Shown here: one piece after another, positions 38,280 to 46,032 of the stretch
Layout of the letters: each line of letters starts with the position of its first letter
Numbering within the stretch: position 1 is the stretch's first letter
Origin: Succinivibrionaceae bacterium
GTDB lineage: Bacteria > Pseudomonadota > Gammaproteobacteria > Enterobacterales > Succinivibrionaceae
Direction of reading: 5' to 3'
Length of the DNA: 64,000 nt
NCBI GenBank assembly: GCA_045628385.1
Contig: JAZQPH010000045.1
Span: forward strand, 5,442 to 69,441
Translations under genes and position numbers: made by a program
Notes under the pieces: generated by a model
Database searches by the model: none
What the model saw: the letters and a program-made list of their open reading frames with translations, nothing else
What the model was told of the DNA's origin: nothing

Positions 38280-39047
38280 ATGATGACCGAAACAACGCTT
38301 ATCATGCTGCACGGTTTTTTGGGCAACCACCATGATTTCGACGATGTCGTTGCCGAATTGCCGGAATACATAAAAAACAAATGCGTGTCGCTGGATCTTC
38401 CGGGACACAACAACAAAGAACCGGCTTCATACAGGGAAACCATACAGATTTTAAATGAAGAAATAGCATCCAGAAATATCGGCGATTTTGTTATCTACGG
38501 CTATTCCCTAGGCGGCAACATCGCTCTTGATTACGCATTCAAACAGAAAAACCCCGCGCTCAAAGGTCTGATACTCGAAAGCGGAGCGTTCGGCATAACC
38601 GACGAAGAACGCAAAATCCGCGAAGGAAGCGATCTCATGTGGGCGGCAAAATTTGCCATCAAGCGGCCTGAAGAAGTCTTGGACGAATGGTACGGCCAAA
38701 GCAAATTCGCAGGACTTACCCCAAAACAGAAGCAAGCGCTCATCAACAAAAGAAAAAGCCAAGACTTTCACAAGCTGGCGCAGCAATTTAGGCTGACGAC
38801 GGTGGCGCACCTGGAAAACTATCGCGGCAGAATAGCCGAACTGCCGATAAACGTTGCCTACCTCTATGGCGCGTTGGACACGCAATTTTGCAAAGTTGCC
38901 GAACGCGAAAAAGCAACAGCGAAGAATTTCATTCCGCTGTGCATCGAAAATGCAAGCCACAACGTTCACACGTTCTTTCCGAAAGAAACGGCATCCGTAA
39001 TCGCCGGAATATGGGAAAAACTCACAATTAGGCAGCGTTGCGATTAA
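38280..39047 (+). CDS. menH: 2-succinyl-6-hydroxy-2,4-cyclohexadiene-1-carboxylate synthase MenH (alpha/beta hydrolase)
   Basis: 255 aa, colinear with E. coli MenH. The LHGF, DLPGH, nucleophile elbow GYSLGG, Asp (GALDTQF) and His (ASHNVH) elements are all present. Confidence 0.8.
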   Translation: MMTETTLIMLHGFLGNHHDFDDVVAELPEYIKNKCVSLDLPGHNNKEPASYRETIQILNEEIASRNIGDFVIYGYSLGGNIALDYAFKQKNPALKGLILESGAFGITDEERKIREGSDLMWAAKFAIKRPEEVLDEWYGQSKFAGLTPKQKQALINKRKSQDFHKLAQQFRLTTVAHLENYRGRIAELPINVAYLYGALDTQFCKVAEREKATAKNFIPLCIENASHNVHTFFPKETASVIAGIWEKLTIRQRCD

Positions 39048-39061
39048 TTGCCCTCCTCCGT

Positions 39062-39070
39062 TGGTATAAT
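39062..39070 (+). promoter_or_regulatory. Extended -10 promoter element (TGgTATAAT) upstream of the M48 protease gene
   Basis: TTGGTATAAT at 39061-39070 lies 15 nt after the menH stop and 50 nt before the ATG at 39120. No good -35 was found, which is common for extended -10 promoters. Confidence 0.4.
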
Positions 39071-39119
39071 GCCCAAAAGGGCAAATTCCACAGTAGCATC
39101 TCATATCAAGGAAAAAGTC

Positions 39120-40244
39120 ATGGCAGTATCCTATTTCATGCGCCAAAACAATGCGCGCAGCAACACGGCAAAACTCATAGCGCTGTACGTGTTTGGAATT
39201 TTTGCCGTACCGTTGGTTCTTCTGTTGCTTTGGTTCATACTCGAGCACACAGGGGAAACGCCTGCGCATCCTTTGACGGGCAAAGATTACATTTACGGAT
39301 ATCTCGGGATGGTTTTGGTATGCGCCGTTCCCGTGCTGCTGGCCTCTTTCTACTATTACCATAAGTACTCGGGCGACGGTTCAAAAACGGCCATAGCCCT
39401 CGGAGCGCACCATATCGATGACTTCGAACCTGATTTCAAACTGACGCAGTACAAAAACGTCGTTGAAGAGCTGTGCGTCGCAAGCGGTCTTCCGATGCCT
39501 CAGATATTCGTTCTTGAAGATCCGACGATCAACGCGTTTGCGGCAGGCTCATCGCCCGAAAAGGCGGCTGTCTGCGTCAACACGGGCACGCTCGACAAAC
39601 TGACAAGACGCGAGCTTCAGGGCGTTCTTGCACATGAATTCAGCCACATTGCAAACCGCGACACCAAAATAAACATCACTATCTGCGCACTGATGGGCGG
39701 ATTCGGCATCGTTACCACGATCGGATACGTTCTCTTCAGGATGGCCGGAAGATGCAACAGCCGAAACAGCAAAAACAATCCGGCGGCCGCATTTCTGGTA
39801 GCAGGCTTGGTAGCGGTAATTCTCGGCTGGCTGTGGTCTCTCATATCTCATCTCATACAGGCAGCGGTTTCGAGACAGCGCGAATTTCTTGCAGACGCAA
39901 CTGCCGTTCAATACCTCAAGGACGATTCTATTGCCTGCGCGCTCGAAAAAATTCGCGATCAGGCAGTTCTCTCGTTCAAAAACAGCCCCCTTAAGGACGC
40001 AAGCAGCTGCGCGCACATGTGTTTCACCGAAATACGCGGCATAAACAAAACCGGATTGTTCGATTCGCACCCTAATCTTAACGCGCGCATCACGGCAGCC
40101 CGCGACATGAGTTACACCATCGAAAAGAATTACGATCCGCTTTCGGAAGAAAACATGAAGAAAGAACAGGAAACGAAAGAGCGCGAAGAACGCGAAGCCA
40201 TGGAAAAGGCAAAAGCCGAGGCCATGAACGATTCCGGGCAATAA
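39120..40244 (+). CDS. M48 family (HtpX-like) membrane zinc metalloprotease
   Basis: Start re-called to the ATG at 39120, with an AAGGA Shine-Dalgarno 7 nt upstream. There are two N-terminal TM helices, HEFSHIANRD (HExxH), two further TM helices, then REFLADA (third ligand Glu). The C-terminal tail is charged (KKEQETKEREEREAMEKAKAEA). Confidence 0.85.
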   Translation: MAVSYFMRQNNARSNTAKLIALYVFGIFAVPLVLLLLWFILEHTGETPAHPLTGKDYIYGYLGMVLVCAVPVLLASFYYYHKYSGDGSKTAIALGAHHIDDFEPDFKLTQYKNVVEELCVASGLPMPQIFVLEDPTINAFAAGSSPEKAAVCVNTGTLDKLTRRELQGVLAHEFSHIANRDTKINITICALMGGFGIVTTIGYVLFRMAGRCNSRNSKNNPAAAFLVAGLVAVILGWLWSLISHLIQAAVSRQREFLADATAVQYLKDDSIACALEKIRDQAVLSFKNSPLKDASSCAHMCFTEIRGINKTGLFDSHPNLNARITAARDMSYTIEKNYDPLSEENMKKEQETKEREEREAMEKAKAEAMNDSGQ

Positions 40245-40271
40245 TTAAAACAGGCAGCGCAAACGGCGGAG

Positions 40272-40290
40272 GGGAACCGCTGCGGTTCCC
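40272..40290 (+). terminator. Hairpin after the M48 gene (possible terminator)
   Basis: GGGAACCG-CTG-CGGTTCCC forms an 8-bp stem 28 nt after the stop. It is followed by ATTGTTGT, a weak U-tract, and lies 13 nt before the menC-like ATG. Confidence 0.4.
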
Positions 40291-40302
40291 ATTGTTGTCA
40301 AG

Positions 40303-41268
40303 ATGATTCTTGGTCTTTACAGATATGATTTGCCTTTCAGGCATCCAATTTCCTCAGGCAACGAGATTATCGAGTCTCGCTCTGGCATACTCGTCAGAGC
40401 CGGCGACGCCTGGGGGGAAGTATCGCCGCTTCCCGGAGAATCGCAAGAATCGCTTGAAGATGCCTTAAGCGACGCCAAGCAATATATCGAAAGCGTTGCC
40501 GACAAAGAGCCGATTCACCCCGTGGAATTTGAATCGCCGAGCGCAAGATTCGGCATCGACTGTCTAAGAGAGTGCATAGCATACGAAAGAAGCGCCGAAA
40601 CGCAATTCGTAAAGTCCTACGCGACTTTGTCTGGCTCCCCCAAAACAATCATCTACGAATGGCTAAAATGCACGGGGCCGTCGCCCGACACTGTCAAGCT
40701 AAGCGTCGGCAAGAACGGCATGAAAGACGAATTGCGGCTTGTCAAAGAACTCACCAAAAGAAACGCCGATCTTAAAATCATTCTGGATGCGGGATGCAGG
40801 TGGACCAAAGAAGAAGCCTGGACGTTTCTTTCCCAAGTCAGCAAAGACAACATCTGCTATGTGCAGGACGCCTGCGACAATCTAAAAGACATTTCGGATG
40901 TCTCTGAAGCCACTGGCATTCCCGTAGCTTTGCAGCGTCACGTGACGTCATCATCGTTGCCCGAATGGAGCCTGATACCTAACCTAAAAGCCATTGTCAT
41001 CAAGCCTTCAATTGTGGGCTTGATATCAGAATGCCATGCGCTGACGGCAATAGCGGCCAGCATGGGACTCTTCACCGTGTTCGAATCCGCATACGAATCG
41101 GCAGTCGGAATTCTTAACATACAGAATCTGGCTCTCAGAAGAGGCGTTTCGAGGACATACAGGCACGGACTCGACACCGCTGGCATTTTTGAAAAAAACG
41201 TGATGAAGCCTGACGGCGTAACCGTAAATACCAGGGTGCTTTCAACCATTTGCGAAATCAATGCATAA
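40303..41268 (+). CDS. menC: o-Succinylbenzoate synthase-like enolase-superfamily protein (MenC homolog with non-canonical active-site residues)
   Basis: 321 aa against 320 aa in E. coli MenC. It shares WGEVSPLPG, ILDAG.RW and IVIKPS with matching spacing. The KxK, Glu190 and Asp213 equivalents are substituted (see findings). Confidence 0.7.
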   Translation: MILGLYRYDLPFRHPISSGNEIIESRSGILVRAGDAWGEVSPLPGESQESLEDALSDAKQYIESVADKEPIHPVEFESPSARFGIDCLRECIAYERSAETQFVKSYATLSGSPKTIIYEWLKCTGPSPDTVKLSVGKNGMKDELRLVKELTKRNADLKIILDAGCRWTKEEAWTFLSQVSKDNICYVQDACDNLKDISDVSEATGIPVALQRHVTSSSLPEWSLIPNLKAIVIKPSIVGLISECHALTAIAASMGLFTVFESAYESAVGILNIQNLALRRGVSRTYRHGLDTAGIFEKNVMKPDGVTVNTRVLSTICEINA

Positions 41269-41362
41269 AGCGCCATGCCGTTTCTCCGTTTCGGACAGAC
41301 AAATTACTCAGTTATAACTAAACGATATTGCCGCTAAACTTAGCGGCGCACAGGAGAATAAT

Positions 41363-43330
41363 ATGTTAGACCCAGCCGCTCTTGCAGTGCTGCGCCAATT
41401 AAAACCTCAGGAAGAGGAAAAGAAAGTCAGGAAGGAAGGCTTTGTCAAAGCTACGGACAAATCTTACGGATTCTTGGAGGTTTCGTCTGACGAAAGGTAT
41501 TTCATATCGCCGCCCGACATGAAAAAGGTCATGCACGGGGATCGCATTGCCGCAAATATCAAAACCGCTCCTGACGGCAAGCAAAGCGCCGAGCCTATCG
41601 AGCTCATAAACGCGTTCATAACCAGGATTCCTGGCAAACTTACGGTGCGAAAAGACGGTACGTTTGCCACCTACGTCGATCACCCTAATTACAAAAATCC
41701 GATTTTTACCAAAATTCCCAACACCTTGCGCGAACAGAACCCGGGAAACGGCGATTGGGTAATCGTCGAGCTTTCGGATCATCCTCTGGTAAAAGACAAC
41801 AAGCCTGCAAGCCTTATCGTCAAAGAAGTGGTAACCAAGGCAAACGATCCCCAGGTGCCGTGGAAAGTATCTCTGCGAAAGCACAACCTCCCTCTCGACT
41901 GTCCGCCCGATCCTGACAAAATTGAACCCGTGGACGCCGATGCGCGCCGCGATCTCAGGCACATGCCGTTCATCACCATCGATTCAGAGGACACCAAGGA
42001 CATCGATGACGCCGTCTGCATTGAAAAATCGGAAAACGGATGGATTCTTACCGTAGCCATAGCCGATCCGACAAGTTTCATAGAAGAAGGCTCACCGACC
42101 GACAAAGAGGCCTCATCAAGAGGTTTCACCTGCTATCTTCCTGGATACAACATCCCGATCATTCCGCACAGCATGAGCGAAGGAATCTGCTCGCTCTTTG
42201 AAGGCGAAGACAGACCGACGCTTGCATGCCGCATTCATGTCGGATTCGACGGCGTTCCGTCCGATACCCCGTGCGAGTTTTTCCTTGCCGACATCAAGTC
42301 TCAGGGCAGACTGTCATATAAGAACGTGTCCGACTTTCTGGAGGGCGCGGAAGGATGTCAATTTCATCCGTCCGAAGCAATCGCGGAAGAACTCCGCGAA
42401 CTGGAAAAATTCCAACATGCGAGAGCTGCGCAAAGAGCCAAAACCACCGTGCTCTTTGCCGACAAGCCAGATTACAAGTTCGTGCTCGGCAGCAACGGCA
42501 AACTTGAAAATATCGTTGCCGTGTCGCGCCGCATAGCCGACAAAATTATCGAAGAGGCCATGATTCTTGCAAACGAAACGGCCGGAAAGTTTCTGTCCGA
42601 CCATCTTGGATTCGGCGTATTCAGCAGACACACGGGATTTGACGAAACCAAGAGAGATATGGCCGCAAGACATCTGTCTCTCAACGGCTGTTCCGATATC
42701 CAGGCCGCCGATCTGGCGACATTGGACGGATATTTCAGAGCCCGCACCTACGCCGCATCTCTTGAATCCCAGTATCTTGACGTTCGTCTGCGCAAGTTCC
42801 AGGTTCCTGCGGAAATCGTTACCGATCCGCTCGAACATTTCGGCCTCGGTCTTTCCCGCTATGCGACATGGACCTCTCCTATCCGCAAATACGGCGACAT
42901 GATCAATCACAGGCTCATCAAGTCGGTCATCAGAAACGACGGCAAGGCCCAAAGACCGTCCGAAGAAGTAATTGCCAATCTCAACGTCTGCAAAAAAACG
43001 AGCCGCATTGTGGAACGCGACGTCCGCGACTGGCTGTATATCGATTTCCTGATGCCTCAGATCAAGCTAAAGACGATATTTGAGGCCGAAGTGGTTGATG
43101 TTTCAAGAGGCGGAGTAAAGGCAAAGATCGACGAAAACGGCGCAACCGTGTTCATACCGATGTCCGTCATCAATCCGGACAGAAAAGAATCGATTGTCGC
43201 CTCGCAGGATGAAGGAAGAATCAGAAACGGCGAAGAGATTATCTTCGAGCTTTCGCAAAAGATTAAAGTCCGCATCACCGACATCGACAGGGAAAATCGC
43301 CAGATTTTGGCAGAGGTTGCCAAAGCATAA
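41363..43330 (+). CDS. rnb: Exoribonuclease II
   Basis: 655 aa with an AGGAG Shine-Dalgarno. It has N-terminal cold-shock-like domains (GFVKATDKSYGFLEV), an RNB catalytic domain (FITIDSEDTKDIDDAV) and a C-terminal S1 domain. Length and architecture match RNase II rather than RNase R. Confidence 0.9.
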   Translation: MLDPAALAVLRQLKPQEEEKKVRKEGFVKATDKSYGFLEVSSDERYFISPPDMKKVMHGDRIAANIKTAPDGKQSAEPIELINAFITRIPGKLTVRKDGTFATYVDHPNYKNPIFTKIPNTLREQNPGNGDWVIVELSDHPLVKDNKPASLIVKEVVTKANDPQVPWKVSLRKHNLPLDCPPDPDKIEPVDADARRDLRHMPFITIDSEDTKDIDDAVCIEKSENGWILTVAIADPTSFIEEGSPTDKEASSRGFTCYLPGYNIPIIPHSMSEGICSLFEGEDRPTLACRIHVGFDGVPSDTPCEFFLADIKSQGRLSYKNVSDFLEGAEGCQFHPSEAIAEELRELEKFQHARAAQRAKTTVLFADKPDYKFVLGSNGKLENIVAVSRRIADKIIEEAMILANETAGKFLSDHLGFGVFSRHTGFDETKRDMAARHLSLNGCSDIQAADLATLDGYFRARTYAASLESQYLDVRLRKFQVPAEIVTDPLEHFGLGLSRYATWTSPIRKYGDMINHRLIKSVIRNDGKAQRPSEEVIANLNVCKKTSRIVERDVRDWLYIDFLMPQIKLKTIFEAEVVDVSRGGVKAKIDENGATVFIPMSVINPDRKESIVASQDEGRIRNGEEIIFELSQKIKVRITDIDRENRQILAEVAKA

Positions 43331-43355
43331 CGCCAGTCTGCCGCGTAAAACGCCA

Positions 43356-43398
43356 AAACCGCGCACTCGCTCGAAACGGTGCGCGGTTTCTTTATTTT
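43356..43398. terminator. Terminator between convergent rnb and prlC
   Basis: AAACCGCGCAC...GTGCGCGGTTT forms an 11-bp stem followed by CTTTATTTT on the plus strand. The reverse orientation is followed by the moderately T-rich TTGGCGTTTTA. Confidence 0.75.
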
Positions 43399-43445
43399 GC
43401 GGACGAGAAGGCGCAGGCATTGCGGCCTGCTGCTTATCTTTGCAG

Positions 43446-45509
43446 TCAGACGAGATCGTAGTGGCGAAGAAGCGCATCTATGCGCGGCTCGCGCCCGCGG
43501 AATTCCACAAACTGATCCATTGATTCTCTGGAACCGCCGTCGGCAAGAATGCATCTTACGAAATCATCGCCCGCGCGCCGATTGAAAATTCCTTCTTCAA
43601 GGAAACGGCCGAAAGCGTCGGTAGACAGCAATTCCGACCACAGATAGCTGTAATACCCCGCCGCATATCCGCCCGAGAACACATGGGTGAAAGCATTTTG
43701 GAAACGGTTGAATTCAGGAACCGGCGCCACGTTCACGAGCTTGCGAACTTCCGCGACCGTATCTTCGATAATGCGTTCTTTTCCCGGTCTGTACCCCATG
43801 TGCAGATTGAAATCGAACAGGCCGAACTGCAGCTGGCGCAGAATAAACGAGGCCGCATGGTAGTTCTTCACTCGAAGAAGATTCTTGAGCAGCTCTTCGG
43901 GCAGGGGATTTCCCGTCTCGACATGGCATGATATGTAGCTAAGAGCCTCCGCTTCCCAGCACCAGCTTTCCAAAAACTGGCTAGGAAGTTCGACGGCATC
44001 CCATGACACGCCGTTTATGCCGGATACGGCAGGAACGTCAATCTCGGTCAGCATGAGATTCAGTCCGTGCCCGAACTCATGGAACAGAGTCGTCACCATG
44101 TCGTGCGTCAGCAAAGACGGTTTATTTCCGACAGGAGGATCAAAGTTCATCACAAGGTAAGCCACGGGACGCTGCTCGGAGCCGTCTTCAAAACGTCTGT
44201 ATCCCAGACATTCGTCCATCCAGGCTCCGCCGTTTTTGTGGGACCTTGCGTACGGATCCAAAAAGAACGAACCGCGCAATTTGCCCGATGCGTCGCGGAC
44301 GTCGTAGAAGGAAACGTCCTCGTGCCAAACATCGACATCGCCTTCATGCAGAGAAATCTCCAGACCGAATACCCTTTTAGCCGTTTCGAACAAACCTGAC
44401 AAAACCTTGTTCAGCGGAAAATAAGGACGGACCATTTCCGAGTTGATGCCGTAATCGCGGATTTTCAGTTTTTCGGAATAATAGGCAACATCCCAGGCAT
44501 CGACTTTTGATGCGCCGCATTCGTTCTTGGCAAATTGCACGAGCTCTTCGTACTCTTTGCACCCTTTGTCATAAGCTTTATCCCTAAGGCCTCGCAAAAA
44601 TGACACTACCTTTGCTGGATCTTTTGCCATTTTCGTTGCAAGAGAGTATTCGGCGTAATTCGAAAATCCGAGAAGTTCTGCCAATTCGTGCCTGAGCGCG
44701 AGTATGTTTTTCATAACCGGAAGGTTATCCCATTTCCCAGCGTTCGGACCTTGATCTGAGGCGCGCGTCACGTAGGCTTCGTAGCATTCGCGGCGGAGTT
44801 CCTCGCAATCGGCATACTGCATCACAGGAAAATACGACGGAAAATCAAGAGTGAACACATAACCGTCAAGCCCCTTTTCTTTGGCTCTTGCCGCCGCCGC
44901 GGCAACCGCCGATTCAGGAAGTCCCGCAAGAAGATTCTTGTCCGTTACCTGCTTGTGCCATCCCATCGTGGCATCGAGAACATTGTTGCTGTAGGCGGAC
45001 GTAAGCGTGGACAATTCAGAAACGATTTCCGCATATCTTGCGCGTTTGGCTTCGGGAAGCCCGATTCCGCTCAATCTAAAATCAAGAAGCGCGTCAGTTA
45101 CCGCTTTCTGCCTGGCTCTCGGCCAAGATTTAAAATCAGGCAGTTCTGACAATTTTACGTAAGCTGCGTAAAGCCCCTCGTGCTGACCGAGCCATGAAGA
45201 AAATTCTGACAAAACCGGAAGACATTCGTCGTGCGCCTGTCTCAGTTCGTCCGTGCTGACCACGCTGTTCATATGAGAAACAGGCGACCATACTTGCGAA
45301 TAGGCATCGCTTGCCGACTCAAGCGGCTCGACAATGCTTTCGTACGTGTATTCTCCCGACGCTTCGGCTTTTTTCAGGACTTTCTCGACAGCTTCGCGAT
45401 ATTCGCCGATCCGCACTTCGACAGCCTCTTTCACGTCGCCAGGCTTGATTTCGGAAAAGCGCGGCAATCCCTGCGCCATATTGAGCAACGCATTCTTTTT
45501 TTCGCTCAT
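43446..45509 (-). CDS. prlC: Oligopeptidase A (M3 family)
   Basis: 687 aa with HEFGHGLN (HExxH) and a downstream E ligand. It is colinear with E. coli PrlC (680 aa). Confidence 0.94.
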   Translation of the reverse strand: MSEKKNALLNMAQGLPRFSEIKPGDVKEAVEVRIGEYREAVEKVLKKAEASGEYTYESIVEPLESASDAYSQVWSPVSHMNSVVSTDELRQAHDECLPVLSEFSSWLGQHEGLYAAYVKLSELPDFKSWPRARQKAVTDALLDFRLSGIGLPEAKRARYAEIVSELSTLTSAYSNNVLDATMGWHKQVTDKNLLAGLPESAVAAAAARAKEKGLDGYVFTLDFPSYFPVMQYADCEELRRECYEAYVTRASDQGPNAGKWDNLPVMKNILALRHELAELLGFSNYAEYSLATKMAKDPAKVVSFLRGLRDKAYDKGCKEYEELVQFAKNECGASKVDAWDVAYYSEKLKIRDYGINSEMVRPYFPLNKVLSGLFETAKRVFGLEISLHEGDVDVWHEDVSFYDVRDASGKLRGSFFLDPYARSHKNGGAWMDECLGYRRFEDGSEQRPVAYLVMNFDPPVGNKPSLLTHDMVTTLFHEFGHGLNLMLTEIDVPAVSGINGVSWDAVELPSQFLESWCWEAEALSYISCHVETGNPLPEELLKNLLRVKNYHAASFILRQLQFGLFDFNLHMGYRPGKERIIEDTVAEVRKLVNVAPVPEFNRFQNAFTHVFSGGYAAGYYSYLWSELLSTDAFGRFLEEGIFNRRAGDDFVRCILADGGSRESMDQFVEFRGREPRIDALLRHYDLV

Positions 45510-45631
45510 CTGGTATTCCTCGGTTGCGGGCTGTGCCCTGAATGAATATGAATTGATAAATAATGGGAGCCTCCGAAAAGTTTCGGAGCAACAGAAAAAG
45601 ATTATAGATCAAGACGGAACGCCAACATGCA

Positions 45632-45661
45632 CAAAGGGGAGCCGTCCATGGCTCCCCTTTG
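45632..45661. other. 12-bp perfect-stem hairpin in the prlC/kinase intergenic region
   Basis: CAAAGGGGAGCC-GTCCAT-GGCTCCCCTTTG. There is no U-tract on either strand, and the function is unknown. Confidence 0.5.
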
Positions 45662-46032
45662 TCCCGCAAATCCCTGCGCTTGCCCCAGCATCCTTGCCGG
45701 GAGTTGCGTCCTGCAACGGTTATTATTTTATCCCCGATTTTTTAAAAACTCGGCAGGCAAACCATGGCCAATTCATTCCCTACAATACGATATTCACATA
45801 ATTATTATTTATTTTCATAATGTTGTAAAAACAAAACTCGGCAATACCGCACCTCACAATGCGAAATACTCCAATGACGTCATGGCAAATGTCTCACAAA
45901 CAATTCGGATTATGGCCATAATCGGCGCATCGAAAGCAAGTGTCGCAGGCTGCATGCAAGTCATAGATCCGCACATGCTATAATCCCAAAGATGGGTTAC
46001 ATGAGCCTGCGTCGGGCGCACGGGGTTTTCTG

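Noticed and set aside
38508-40241. Two long antisense ORFs (38508-39362 and 39549-40241) opposite menH and the M48 protease
   Set aside because: The sense-strand products carry intact catalytic motifs (GYSLGG, HEFSH). The antisense translations are low-complexity Phe/Arg/Cys-rich with no family resemblance.
45627-45983. 118-aa ORF in the long prlC/kinase intergenic region
   Set aside because: Its start lies inside the 12-bp hairpin, there is no Shine-Dalgarno, the composition is odd (Cys/Pro/Ile runs), and I recognise no homolog. It is treated as non-coding.
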